64,000 nucleotides of DNA from Eledone cirrhosa (lineage: Eukaryota): contig OZ024740.1 in NCBI GenBank assembly GCA_964016885.1, positions 172,856,001-172,920,000 of the forward strand, in the 5' to 3' direction. Under the pieces are notes generated by a model, which saw only the letters and a list, made by a program, of their open reading frames with translations, was not told the origin of the DNA and did not search any database. Positions 50,314 to 63,148 of this stretch are shown in pieces. Numbering within the stretch: the stretch's first letter is position 1; each line of letters starts with the position of its first letter. The position numbers were made by a program, and so were the translations under genes.

Positions 50314-51028
50314 TGTGTGTGTGTTTGTGACATTTACTTCTTTTTAGTTTCATATTAATGTTATTGCACATCAGTAGTGAGTTGTGGGCGGTGAATGAAC
50401 GACAATGAGTGTGCCAGCGTTTATTTGGAAAATTGCTCATGAAAGAAATATGTACGGCAAGCTTGATGCTGTTGTTTATAGAGCACGATGATGATGATGA
50501 TAATAATGATGACCATTGTTGTTGTTATTATTGTTATTGTTGCTATCTTTAACGTTATATCAAAATCGATGCTGGTTTGCTCGGACCTTTTTTATTTTAT
50601 TTTATTTATTTATTTATTTTGTTTTGTTATATTTTATTTTATTGTCTTATTTATTTGCTAAACCGTCCCTACATAATGAACGGTTACTGACTAATGAGAA
50701 GCTAACGGGTACCGATAGAAAAACGACTATTTCTTAAAGCCAGCCGGTGCAGTCAAGCATGGCGATGAAAAATCAACTGCAGCAAATCAAGCGTTCGTCA
50801 TTTATTTTGTGGAACGAATCCAGCTTTCTTTCTTCACAATCCATGTCGTCGTTTTATGCACATTGTTGTTATTCTAGTTTTTGTTTTATTTTTGTTTTGT
50901 TTTGTTTTGTTTTGTCATCATTTATTTTTATTTTTATTTTATTTTAATTATTTATTTATTTATTGACTGCAGATTTATATTTCTCTCTTTATACCGGTTC
51001 GCACCAGCTTATTAATTCATCACATCTC

Positions 51029-51084
<56 letters not shown>

Positions 51085-51149
51085 ACTCTCTCTCCCCCTC
51101 TCCCTCTCCCCCCTCCCCCTCTCTCACTCTCTCTCTCGATATATATATT

Positions 51150-51338
51150 TATGAAAGAGTCAGGACCCCGACGGCTGAGCTCCTGCCGTTTCAACAGCTA
51201 GTTTCGAACTTGCTGTTGAAACGGCAGGAGTTCAGCCGTCGGGGTCCCAGTTCTTTCCTATTACCACACTCTACTACCCCAAGTATCGAGTACTCAGGTG
51301 AGTAATGGTCTAACAGGTTTTTACTGTATCCATTCTAA
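51150..51338 (+). mobile_element. Hairpin family A, diverged subfamily
   Basis: ggaccccgacggctgagctcctgccgtttcaacagc..gctgttgaaacggcaggagttcagccgtcggggtcc plus related tail. Confidence 0.8.
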
Positions 51339-51367
51339 TATATATATATATATATATACACGTGTGT

Positions 51368-51556
51368 GTATCCCGGGTTCAATCGGGAGTAACCACAGTA
51401 AGTAAGGTACTCAATACATGGAATATAAATGTTTAATATAGAAATGGCTTCTACAGGACTAGAACTGTTTCATTCGAAGGAAATCATCAGGAAAGTCCCG
51501 ATGGTTTCCTTCGAATGAAACAGATCTAGTCCTGTAGAACCCATTTCTATATTTTA
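51368..51556 (-). mobile_element. Hairpin family B: fold-back pLTR remnant with hammerhead at 51448-51494 (minus)
   Basis: Minus: tttc CTGATGA t-ttc-cttc-gaa-t GAAA cag-ttctagtc-ctg TA gaag; inverted decayed copy on plus at 51497-51552. Confidence 0.8.
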
Positions 51557-51747
51557 TATATATATATATATATAAGGTTGCGCTCTAAGCAGCCGAAGTA
51601 TATGATATGTTAAAGTTATAAACATGCAAAATGCACGCATTTCTCTTTAAATTGGGTAAATGATAAACATATTTAACCGTTTCTCATTCCTAGATGAGCT
51701 TGCATTAGAAGATATGTATATATCTAATTGTCGTGTGTGGGGGGTCC

Positions 51748-51896
51748 AGCATAGAGTTACGGCCCTTTACAGTCTGAGCTCAAATCCTGCCGAGGTTAAC
51801 TTTACTTTTCATCCTTACGGTATCGATAAAATAAAGTACCAGTAATACACTGGGGTAATTGCTGACCTTGTGCCAAAAGCAGAAACAGTTATTATT
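51748..51896 (+). mobile_element. tRNA-derived SINE, 5' truncated
   Basis: Same family as 3657-3845. Confidence 0.85.
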
Positions 51897-51989
51897 GAAT
51901 CTTCACTCTTGTCAGAGTATAGACGATGAGTTTCCCTAAATTATGCATTTGTAGGTGACTTATCAGTCCAATTCGTGGACCAAAGGGCC

Positions 51990-52570
51990 GGGTGCACTTT
52001 AGGCATTGGTTATGTGGCGAAGGATAGGGCGCAGTGCTTTCTTCAGTCTGCAGTAAACTGTTCCCGTTTTCACCTTCCTCTAAAGCTCCCTGTCCTGCGC
52101 ATCAGATGTCCAGTTGATGTGGTTTAAGTCGCAGATTTTGAGTGTTTGCTTAAGTTGGTCTTTGTAGCGCCTCTTTGATGCACCAAAATGGCATTTTCCT
52201 TCAGTCAGTTCACTGTAGAAGCTTTCTTGGGTAGCCTGCATTCATTCCTGCATGTGACATGTCCTATCTATCGCAAGCGTTGTGCCATTATGGTGATTTC
52301 GATGCTTCTACTGACAGCTCTGTCGAGTGATGTGGTGTTGCTCACTTTATCCTGCCACTTGATGTTCACGATGGCTTGGAGTTTCATCTGATGAAAGGCT
52401 TCCAGTTTCTTTATATCTTTCTCGTACAACATCCAGGTCTCACAGCTGCACAAGAGTGTCAAGTGTGAACTTTGTTTTCCCCTTTTAAAATCTCTCTTCT
52501 GGAAGACTCTCTTGTTAAGTCGCCAAAATGCAGCACTTGATGCCTGGATCCTATTTATGTGCATCGAATT
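51990..52570 (-). pseudogene. RTE LINE 3' fragment
   Basis: RIQASSAAFWRLNKRVF, CETWMLY, LEAFHQ, IKWQDKVSN, KRRYKDQLK. Confidence 0.85.
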
Positions 52571-52809
52571 TCATATACTAAAAGCTAAAACCTACCATTC
52601 AATATGGAGTGATCGATGAAATAGGCTCCTCATTAAAATATCTACTGAGCAGATATGAACAACTAAAGTTGTGTCCCAGCATGGAACCAGTAAAGGATTA
52701 AAAGTCAGTAAATGCATCCATACATCCACGGTCACATCATATGATCATCCACGGTCACATGATAATGATGAATGACTATATATATATATGTGTGTGTGTG
52801 TATGTGTGT

Positions 52810-53002
52810 GTATCCCGGGTTCAATCGGGGGTAACCACAGTAAGTAAGGTACTCAATATATAGTAGAGTATATGCAATATTTTATAGAGAAATGGCTTCT
52901 ACAGGACTAGAACTGTTTCATTCAAAGGAAATCATCAGGAAAGCCCTGAGGATCTGAAACAGTTCTAGTCCTGTAGAAGCCATTTCTATATTAAATATTA
53001 TA
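52810..53002 (-). mobile_element. Hairpin family B, second copy, hammerhead at 52896-52942 (minus)
   Basis: Same tail tatcccgggttcaatcggg.gtaaccacagtaagtaaggtactcaata and same HHR; the inverted arm reads CTGAGGA-tct-GAAA. Confidence 0.8.
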
Positions 53003-53227
53003 TAACGAAGGAAGTGTGGTAAGGAACTAGGTGGACCAAAACGCAACAGAGTACTCGATACTTAGGGTAGTAGAGTGGGTAATAGGAAAAGAGTCAGGAC
53101 CCCGACGGCTGAGGTCCGGCATTTCGACAGCTAGGTCTGAACTAAGCCAGTAGGCTTAGGGTTAGTTCAGATCTAGCTGTCGAAACGAGCGGAGCTCAGC
53201 CGTCGGGGCCCTGACTATTTTCCTATT
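53003..53227 (-). mobile_element. Hairpin family A copy
   Basis: Tail in reverse at 53003-53080; palindrome 53081-53227. Confidence 0.85.
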
Positions 53228-53280
53228 AAATGTTATATATATATAAATTCCTTTCAACTAAACTGTATCCATTCAAATCT

Positions 53281-53364
<84 letters not shown>

Positions 53365-53455
53365 GCAAAAGGCAAACAGAAATAACAAAAGCAAACGACA
53401 CAGTACAATGAAGAAATGCATTATTAGTTTTACGCTTGAGATAGTAGGAAAAAAG

Positions 53456-53491
53456 TTCTAACGTTTCGTAGGCTAGTCTTTCATCAGAAAA
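53456..53491 (-). ncRNA. Degenerate minimal hammerhead in pLTR family D (~53365-53590)
   Basis: Minus: tttt CTGATGA aagactagcctac GAAA cg TT agaa; homologous to 23678-23713. Confidence 0.6.
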
Positions 53492-53611
53492 TAGAATGAG
53501 AAATCAAAGAAGAAATAGAAAAATAGAGAAGAATGGGCATACATGAAAAAACTTCTTAGAGAAAACACAGGTCCATTCAATTGGCCATCTCTTACATATA
53601 TATATATATAT

Positions 53612-55500
53612 AACCCCACAACCCACCCCACACTCCCTACGTACCACCTCGACAACCCACTCCACCCCCCACCCACCAACCACGAACTTGACACTAAACT
53701 ACTCAGGTTGAAACATTCTATCTCTAACATCCTTTCCCAACACACACACACACACAATAAACGCAACCTCACCAATGCACAATTTAATACTCTCACCAAA
53801 CTAAGATCCAGGAACCTTGTTTACCTTCCCTCTGACAAGGGGAAAGAATTCTGTGTCATCTCGAGAGAGACCTACAACAACTTAGCTCTCCAACATCTTA
53901 ATGACGACAGCCTCTACTCGAAAGTCACAGGGACGTCCTCGACTCTAATCGAGGAAGGCATTAACACCATATGGACTAACATCTGTGTCCAACGAAAACT
54001 GCCAAAGAAGGTAAAAAACAACATAATGACTCGAAACAGCAAACTACCCACCTTCTACCACCTCGTGAAAACCCATAAACAAGGACCCGATTTGAAAATC
54101 AGGCCCATTGTCTCTAGCGTGGAGGGCCCACTTTACAAAATATCGTGGCTGCTCTCCACACTACTGAAACCTATTCTACACACACTAGCAGCCCACGTCT
54201 GCAGCTCAAAGGAGGTCTTGGAGCGACTACACCATCTGGCGCCCAACACCAGAAAGGACAACGGATATGCCTTCAGTCTTGATGTGGTCGCCCTTTATAC
54301 CTCCGTACCAGCATCCCCAGCCGTCGACCTGTTGACCGAACGAGTCCGAGCATCTAACTTACACTGCTTCGGACTCACACACACGGACATCCACCAACTC
54401 CTCTCCTTCGTTGTGGATAATGCATTCTTCAATTTCCTCGGTCACACGTACAAACAGATCTATGGGCTCTAGTCTGTCCGGCATACTTGCGATCTCGTAC
54501 ATGGACCACCTGGAACGCAAGGCACTCAACACCTGCCAACCCAACGCCGTCGCCTTCTACTCCAGATACGTTGATGACATACTGATACTCACTTCTTCCC
54601 GGGAGATGGCGAATGAAATTCACCAAATCTTCAACGACACTGACCATCACGTCGATTTCACCATCGAACACCCTAGAGAACTCCTCGAGAACTCCTCGAC
54701 TTCCGTATCAACATCTCGGAAGAAGGAGACATAAACACCACCTTCTACCCCAAGGCAGCGTGCAAGGACTTATTTGTGCATTACAACTCAGCCCTCCCCA
54801 ACAACGCTAAGAGAGGCTATGTCCTAAATGAACTTACACGGATCACTAATAGACGCAGCGACCCGATGGGTGGTCTCACCCATACCACGCAATTCCGTAA
54901 TCTACTCAAGTCTAATGGATATCCCAAGCGACTGATTAACGGAATTAGAGACCCCAGACCCAATAGACAGACACCCACTAGAAACTTAGATAAAAGCAGG
55001 TGCTTCTTTAAAATCCCCCACCTGAGTGAATATACCACGAACGCCATCCGCAGGGCCATACAGAGGGAGGGACTTGACATACATTTGGCCCACACAGGAC
55101 CTTCGCTCCGAAGATGCCTCTCCAACAAACCCGATGAGTCAGATGGGACGTGTTCCCTCAGCAACTGCCCGATACGGGGGGCAGATTGCTTACGCACCTA
55201 TGTCGTATATAAGATTCAATGCGATAAATGTAACAAGTTTTACATAGGTAGCACCATCCGACCCCTACATGTTCGTATCAAGGAACATGTCAACACCAAC
55301 GCATCTTCCTTCCGTAAACACATCCCCCTTTTGGAACTTTCCCCCGTTGATGGGCGTGAGCCCGAAATATTGGGATTAAATCTCCACTACGGTAACCCTT
55401 CTACCTTTGTTTTGTTTTCATTTTCGTTTCTCTCAATTTTCACTTTTCTCCTATTTCTCACTCACTTCCTACCTCGAGATTTCCCATCTGCATTGTTGTG
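53612..55500 (+). pseudogene. Non-Naiad Penelope-like element (RT + GIY-YIG), frameshifted and partly deleted
   Basis: SDKGKEF, FYHLVKTHK..IRPIVS, SLDVVALYTSVP, MGSSLSGILA, SRYVDD, LKSNGYP, VVYKIQCDKCNKFYIGSTIRPLHVRIKEH spread over three frames. Confidence 0.9.
55340..55375 (+). ncRNA. Decayed hammerhead at the PLE 3' end
   Basis: tccc CCGTTGA t-gggc-gtga-gccc GAAA ta TT ggga; two core mismatches. Confidence 0.5.
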
Positions 55501-56031
55501 GCTTTCTAAACTACATATTTTACACATTTCACAATGCTTCAAGCAAACTTTAACACCCTCTTATATATATATTTATATATGTATATATATACTATGAAGA
55601 GGTGGACACAAACATATATATGTGTGTGTGTGTTTGTGTGTACATGTCTGTGTGTGCGTGTATACGACAAGCTTTAATTTCGTCTCCAAATCCCATTCAA
55701 CCCAGCATCACGTGGTTGCGTAGCGAACTCCTTAACCATGACTACGCCTATATATATATCTATTTGCAGCGCACTAAAGAGTGACTGTGTCACATTGAAG
55801 GCTATCAACAATAAATGGTCGAAAGGAGACACAGGAGTTGTAAACAGGAGTTAAGATCAGAAATCAATCATGAATGGAAAGCTTTCTTTGATGAACGAGC
55901 TTCACGTCGACTTCAAAGTTTCGCCAACAACAGCGTATCTGTTTTTCTTAAATCACTATTTAATATCCATAAATTTAGATGATCAATGAATTTGATTAGA
56001 AAATACAATATCACAAATTAAGAAAAATACA

Positions 56032-56192
<161 letters not shown>

Positions 56193-56523
56193 AACACAGT
56201 TAAATACAAACTTCTTTTTTTAACAAAGTATTCACAAAAGAAGATACATATATGTGTGTGTGTGTTTGTACGTATATATTGTTGCATGGATGTGTGGTTG
56301 TAATCACTAATAAAAGAGCCCTCACTATATAATCATGGAGTAAAATATACTATCTATATAAAATACATAGCAAACTGGCGTATACCTTCCTAGGTACTGC
56401 GAGTTTCCCGAAGTTAGGTTAATCTTATTTCATTCGTCAGTGATCGGAAAATCACCGCCGGTACATAGAATGATTTCCGCCAGTTTGCAAATTTTGACAT
56501 TGACGAGATTTGAACTCCGATAG

Positions 56524-56524
56524 T

Positions 56525-56586
<62 letters not shown>

Positions 56587-56594
56587 TTGTGTGC

Positions 56595-56657
<63 letters not shown>
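56524..56657. repeat. (GATA)n microsatellite
   Basis: Read directly. Confidence 0.97.
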
Positions 56658-56658
<1 letters not shown>

Positions 56659-56694
56659 GGATTTTACGAGTTTTACACTAGAAAGACCATTAAG

Positions 56695-56832
56695 CAGCAG
56701 AATACTCGATACTCGGAGTAGTAGAGTGTAACTATATTAGAGAGATTCCGGGCACGACAGCTGAGCTTTTGCAGTTTTGACAGCAATTATCTCTTATATA
56801 TACAGCCGTCGGAGTCCCGATTTTTTCATATG
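56695..56832 (-). mobile_element. Decayed hairpin family A copy
   Basis: tactcgatact..gtagtagagtg..cgacagctgagc and cagccgtcggagtcc. Confidence 0.55.
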
Positions 56833-56891
56833 TATTTATATAATTAATAAATGAAAGAAGTAAAATTACAGTTATATTATGGTCAGGCTTA

Positions 56892-56956
<65 letters not shown>

Positions 56957-56961
<5 letters not shown>

Positions 56962-57094
56962 AAAATGTTCAAGACCCCGTCGAAACGGCCTGAGCTCTTC
57001 CGTTGGGGTCTTGGACATTTTCCTATTACCCACTGTACTACCCTAAGTATTGAGTGCGATTTGGTCCACCTGGTTTCTTACCACACTTCCTTCG

Positions 57095-57098
<4 letters not shown>
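56957..57098 (+). mobile_element. Hairpin family A copy with shortened centre
   Basis: ataggaaaatgttcaagacccc-gtcgaaacggcctgagctcttccgtt-ggggtcttggacattttcctat plus tail. Confidence 0.8.
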
Positions 57099-57130
<32 letters not shown>

Positions 57131-57135
57131 TTATA

Positions 57136-57260
57136 CAGTGGCGGGCTGGCAAGGTTGCCAAGTTGCCCAATGGCAAGTGGGCCCCAGGTGGCCCATGGTA
57201 GGATTGCAGGCAGGAGCCCACACTAGCATTGCAGGGCCCAGTGAAGTATTTTAGGGACCT
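57136..57260 (+). mobile_element. Possible hAT-like DNA transposon end
   Basis: CAGTGGCGGGCTGG start followed by repeated gggccc motifs; matching other end not found. Confidence 0.35.
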
Positions 57261-57456
57261 GGAATCTAAGAGAAAGAATAAATTAAAAATAAATAAATAA
57301 ATAAAACAATTAAGCAAAGCATTTGGTCAGCTAATTCCCAGGGAATTACTAGAATTACTAGAAACCAAAATATACTTTAGTGCAAATAGCTAGAATCTAA
57401 AGCTTAGTGTATTCATTTATGGATGCAAACATACATATATAGACACAAACACACAA

Positions 57457-57627
<171 letters not shown>

Positions 57628-58962
57628 ATACAATATATATATTTAATACAATATATTAACAAATGGAAACTATATTTATAAAACCATATTTATTTCATTA
57701 TACATATTTCAAGGGCCACCAAGGCAAACTATGGTGCGCTTTCACCAGATAAAATATAATATAGGTTAGTTTTATAAATAAATATTGACATACCCTGAAA
57801 AAATGCAACCATTCTGGTTAGAATCTCCTGGATAGTGGAGTTATTAGATTTATTGTTTGTTTATTATGCAAATTAGTGTTGGAAAGGTTTAAATAACCGT
57901 ATATTTAAATTAAGCCGTTGGAATAGGGAAAAAAAAGAAAGAAAGAGAAAAAAACGAAAGAAAGAAAGAGAAAAAAAGAGAAAAACCTGTGTATATTTAA
58001 GTGAGAGAGAATAGCGTAATTTTGAGAGAAGAGGCGAAGAAATGAATATAGCGTGGATGAATACCGTAGCATGGATAAACAATAAATAATAAAGCGTGGA
58101 TAAATAATAATATCCGGATTCATTATAATGATAAGTTGAAGAATTTCATCTAATGTTTAATTAATAAATTTGATTAAATGTTTAATAATTTATCAATTCA
58201 ATCCGTAGTTTAAATGTGTATGTTAGATTATTATAATTGAGACCTATATATTATTAAAGAATATATATTATTAAAATATATATTAAAATATATATTATTA
58301 GAAAATATGTTATTACTACAAAACCATATATAATTTTATTAATTATTAATTAATTATTTTTAAAAAAAATTTCTAAGTTTAAAATATCCGAATATTTCTA
58401 AGCCCATGGAAATTCCGAGAGTTTACAGAAGAATAATCCCTTATTTGTAATAAAGAGCGTAAAGGAAATTGCTAGTGATTTATTAATAATTTAGATAGCT
58501 CTAAGGATTAAATGCTATAAAGTTAAGATGTTAAAAAATTAAATTTTCCATCTTAATAATGTAATTAGAGTATGAATCTTATGTTATTTTATAGCAAGTT
58601 ATAATTTTATAAATCTACCTGTTACGACTGTTATGACTGTTAAAACTTAAATTTGTTTGCTATAACGTCTTAACATTTAAAATTCTTTCATAGGAATATA
58701 TCTAAAGCATAAACCTAAAAAAACTCTTTCATAAGAGTATATCTATAGAATATATTTAAAGTATAAATTTTATATATATATATATACATTTTGATATATA
58801 TATATATATATATAGATTTTGAGTTTATGTTGGTTGTATACCAACACCTCAGTATGCAGGCTGGAGCACTCGACGAACTGCGCAGGTTGGTTTGGTTACT
58901 CCGGAGTAGTGTAAAATAAAGTTAAATAAAAGTCAAATGATTAAAATTTAGCTTCGTTTATT

Positions 58963-59017
58963 ACTGCTATATATATTTCAGTGACAGCCATCTTTGGCTG
59001 TGACCTCTTCAGGCAGT
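58963..59017 (-). ncRNA. Minimal type I hammerhead ribozyme
   Basis: actgc CTGAAGA ggtc-acagcca-aaga-tggctgt-cact GAAA tatata TA gcagt. Confidence 0.88.
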
Positions 59018-60211
59018 TTGAATTAGTAATCTATAGACAAGTACATATGTTGTTTAGGTGTATGATATTGTCAATACTCTGATATGCCCAGTTCCTTGTT
59101 GGGTTGTTAATTCACTGGGGAATTGGAGTCATATGAATTCAAACAAACGAATTTTAGTGTCACAGGTCCCCTTCTCCTCTCATTGGTCAGTTATTAGTGT
59201 TGTCATTGTTGGAGTTAGCTTAAAAATTGATAAAATGGTAGAAGGGACAAGGTGTTGAAGGAACAAAATATCAAAAAATGTGTCAAACTTCCCATTGTTC
59301 AGTTCTGAGAGCATTCCTCAGTCAGAAGTCTATAGAATTCTTTCTGGGGTGAGGCTCCCTGTAGTGTTTATGCCTGCTATTGTTCAGTACATTTGACCTC
59401 GACCATTATTTTGGTACTGTTGTTGTTGTAGTGGTCAGCTTATATCTTGCTGCTGCTAACAGTTTAGAAGTATTCAGTTTGTGTTTTCTCTTCATCCCAC
59501 CCGCCACCATCGTAGTGGTGGCGGCGGGGGGGGGGGGTTATTTCATGTATATGAAGAAATATAAGGCAATAAATGAAGAAAACAGAAGATAAATAAATAA
59601 TATAATAAAATAAAATAATTAATATAATTTGTGTAATTTGAAAATAAATAAATAAATAGAGAATAAAGAATAAAGAGTAAATGAGAGATTGGTGAAAAAG
59701 TAATGATAATGTATATGGAGAAGTGAGAAATAATGTAGGATAAAGTGTGTGTGTGTGTGTGTGCTATAACCAATCTCAAGGTCAGAATATGTTGGATAGA
59801 TTGGTATGATACAAGATGTTAAGATGAGATATTCAATGTGTTTGTGTTATAATCTATCTCAACTTAAAATAAATATAAATATAAGGTTATACAGTGAAGA
59901 GGGCAGAAAACAAATAACAAATTAATATAGAGAAATCAAGATTTAAGATTGGAACTTTAAAGTCAGAAATCTGGTAAATTAAAAGTGTTTGTGTTATAGA
60001 TGTTGGCCAGATTATTATGGCTGTGTTCGATTCTGTCTCTAGGCTATCATGGTGTCTGCTCCGCCTGGGTTGTTCCCTATGGCTTGAGGGGAGTTCACAA
60101 CCTAGGGTGTTGTAATTGTCCATATAGCTTGAGGGAGGTCTGGCCGAGAGGTGTTTTCATGTTCTGTAGAAGTCCCTTTAGCTTGAGGGGAGTTCACATC
60201 TTCTTGTGTTG

Positions 60212-61226
60212 CTACTGTCCATATATTTTGAGAAAGGTCCCGGCTCTAAGGTGTCTGCATGTCCCGAAGAAGTCGGTTCTGAGGTTTATCAGGCCGCTTC
60301 CACCTCTTAGTATCTCGAGGGTCTCGTTCAGGCATAGTTTGCATATGTAAGATCCCCCTTTATCGGGTGGTACTTTCCTGATTATGTACCAGGCCAGAGA
60401 GTATGGGGTCCTGTCCAGCTTAAGCTTCCAGATCAGGTCGGAGAGAGCTGTGCTTTTCCTTTTGGCCTCCTTCTTGAATGAATGGCGATGGTTGTACCAG
60501 CGGTCCTTAAAGCTCGTTGATGTGGCTCCTATGTAGAGGTGTTCGGAGTTGGGGGTTTTAACCCTACAACCGTACACTATGTTCTTCTTGAGACATTCAT
60601 TACCAAGGGGGCATGATTCGGGGTTTCTACAGTTGCAGAGGGTGGGCGGCCTCTGCGTGCTTAGATTAGGGTTCTCATTATGTGTTACATGTTGGTCTTC
60701 CCCCATGCTCGGTGGGGGGTCCTTGGGTCTGTTTGTGTTTCTTGGGTGGGCTCTGGGTCCCCCCTTTCCTCCTTTCACATGGTTCTGCTGAGTGTTTGTA
60801 TTGCCATCTTCTGGTTGTGTGTGGTTTTTAAGCCTACTTCTGTTGATGCTAGCTATGTGTTGGGCCAAATTTCTCGTGGTGGAATACGAGAGCTTCACAG
60901 TGTGTCTGTTGAAGATCCTGTGGTATCCGTGGTCCCTCGGGAAGCATTTGTCAAGTGCTCCAAAGAACAATCGGGCCAAGCTTTTCTTTAGGGCCGCTGA
61001 GTAGGGTGGGTTGTACCACGTGATTTGTCGGTGTCTCCTCCTATATGTGTGGGTTGGGGGCTTCGTGATTTGTTGGAGATTTGTTGGTTTGCTGGTGGTT
61101 TCCGCACTGTTGCTTCCCTTTTGGGCTCTATACTTTCTGTTATCTTCACGGTCCGGATTTGTGGGGTGGTTGTTGTCTGCCCCGGGAGATCCATCGCGGG
61201 GTGGTCGCCCGTTTCCCCCCCCCCCC
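60212..61226 (-). CDS. Naiad PLE C-terminal half: linker + GIY-YIG endonuclease
   Basis: WYNPPYS, IFNRHTVKLSYS, CNCRNPESCPLGNECL, IVY..LYIGAT..FKDRWYNH, CKLCLNE, CRH. Confidence 0.9.
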
Positions 61227-62891
61227 ACGTGTCCTGCGGTTGGGGTTGTCCGTCCTGGGGTAGTTAGCATCACGCCTGAGACTGCTACTCATATTGTGCT
61301 CCATCTCGTGGTCAAGCGCACTAGTCCCCGCCGCCCGTGTGGTGGTGTCTGGTACATGGTGCTTATTTGATTTTGCTCTGCCTGTATTGTTAGGGTTCGC
61401 CCTCCCCCCTCTGGTAACGCGGTTGTGGGTGTCTGTTGGGCTATCCACCTCCCGGCTTTTCGGACTATATGTTATATTTTGTCCATGTGCCGCCTTCTTT
61501 AGAGCTGCGTTGTAATATTCCGCGTGGTTGTTGAATATTTCCTTACTTGCGGACAGGCTGGAGATCCTGTCCGAGACACTCTTCACCACTGCCTTGGTTA
61601 TGGATCTAGGGTGGTTTGATTTGGCGTTAACATATACTAGTTTCTCGTTGGGCTTGTGGTAGGGGTAGTATTGCTCGGTGTTCAGGTTTAGGGTGGTATC
61701 TAGGAAGTTAACTACCTTCCTATTTGGGTCTATTTCTATGCTGAGCCCCTGGTTCTTAAAGAAATGGCGAATACGCCTCCTCATACCCTCCAACATATTG
61801 GTGCTGTGGTCATGTACTGTGAATAGAGCATCGTCACGATATAATCCGCCGCCCAGGCAGGGGATTTCATCTTTTATCTGCTTCAGCAGGTAGAGCCCAA
61901 CCAGGTCCGTTACCTGCGCTGAGTCGCTGGAGCCCATCGTGATGTCAAAGTTATTTGGCCAATCACTCCTGGTCCACAGGTCTCCATCGAAGCGGATTAA
62001 GGTCTTTCTTGCGGCGTGGATGATGCTCACCTCCTCTCGGGTTAGGTCCGTATTGGACATCGCTAAAAATAGGGCCTTATTAAGTACTATGGGTGAGATT
62101 GAGGAGTAGTAGCTTGCGATGTCCAGTTGTATAAAGCTGGTCCTACTTTTCTCCTGCAGTATTTTGAACCATTCTATTACTTCTCTCGTGCATGACCATT
62201 GCTGTAATTTGGTTTTTTTCCGAAGCTTGGGCAAAATCCTATCCAGTATTCTTTTACTGACGATCCCTAGGTCAGATCTGGAGGGGGCTATTAGTCTGAC
62301 AGGGAGGTCGGACTCAAAGTTTGACTTGTGGTCTTTAAGGGTAATCCGCGGCTCCCTTGGTTGGTATGGGGCCGTCCTGTCCTCTATGCCGATTCTGGAT
62401 ATAATCCTGTAAGCTGTGGCATTGATCTCATCCAGGGTAAATCCAGGTGTTTTTTTGTAGCATTTCCTCAGTTCCCTGAGGATTAGCTTATTGTACAGTT
62501 CAGTGTTCATGTTGTAGAGGTTGTTTGTTTTGTCAGCATGGACAAGTATTCCAGTTGTCCCTTTAAGTACTGTAATCCGGTTTCTCAGGTGTCTGAGGTA
62601 CTCCTGACTTCTGGTTGGGTTTCCGGAGAATTTGAGGTTGGATATGATGTTAATCATCTCGTTTTCAAACTCCTCCATTAGTCTGTTATGGGGGGGATTC
62701 CTCCTTGATCGAAAAAGGTACTCCATGTTTTCTGTGTTTGTAGTTTTATGCGTTCCTCTTTCGAAGTGGAACGCCTTCCATCTCATCCTACGGATGAGGG
62801 AGTCCGTACTCTTGATGAGATCACTGGTGTATTCTCGTTTATCAGGTAGGGGGATGTCCTTCAGTGACGCTAAGGTTGCCAGTTTATCCAT
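61146..62891 (-). CDS. Naiad PLE reverse transcriptase; frame changes near a G12 run
   Basis: SLKDIPLP, RRMRWKAFHF, ADKTNNLY, FIQLDIASYY, FDITMGSSDS, YRDDAL, FLD, SNHP. Confidence 0.92.
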   Translation of the reverse strand: MDKLATLASLKDIPLPDKREYTSDLIKSTDSLIRRMRWKAFHFERGTHKTTNTENMEYLFRSRRNPPHNRLMEEFENEMINIISNLKFSGNPTRSQEYLRHLRNRITVLKGTTGILVHADKTNNLYNMNTELYNKLILRELRKCYKKTPGFTLDEINATAYRIISRIGIEDRTAPYQPREPRITLKDHKSNFESDLPVRLIAPSRSDLGIVSKRILDRILPKLRKKTKLQQWSCTREVIEWFKILQEKSRTSFIQLDIASYYSSISPIVLNKALFLAMSNTDLTREEVSIIHAARKTLIRFDGDLWTRSDWPNNFDITMGSSDSAQVTDLVGLYLLKQIKDEIPCLGGGLYRDDALFTVHDHSTNMLEGMRRRIRHFFKNQGLSIEIDPNRKVVNFLDTTLNLNTEQYYPYHKPNEKLVYVNAKSNHPRSITKAVVKSVSDRISSLSASKEIFNNHAEYYNAALKKAAHGQNITYSPKSREVDSPTDTHNRVTRGGRANPNNTGRAKSNKHHVPDTTTRAAGTSALDHEMEHNMSSSLRRDANYPRTDNPNRRTRGGGGKRATTPRWISRGRQQPPHKSGP

Positions 62892-63093
62892 AGTGACTTA
62901 GGTCCGCTACTGTTTGAAGCGCTCAACCCGTGTGGGAGCTAGATAGATTTTGAGTTTATGTTGGTTGTATACCAACACCTCAGTATGCAGGCTGGAGCAC
63001 TCGACGAAGTGCGCAGGTTGGTTTGGTTACTCCGGAGTAGTGTAAAATAAAGTTAAATAAAAGTCAAATGATTAAAATTTAGCTTCGTTTATT

Positions 63094-63148
63094 ACTGCTA
63101 TATATATTTCAGTGACAGCCATCTTTGGCTGTGACCTCTTCAGGCAGT
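63094..63148 (-). ncRNA. Minimal type I hammerhead ribozyme, upstream pLTR copy
   Basis: Identical to 58963-59017. Confidence 0.88.

Noticed and set aside
57870-58770. Very AT-rich block with short repeated agcgtggat motifs
   Set aside because: Could be a transposon end or organelle-derived DNA, but no diagnostic feature was recognisable.
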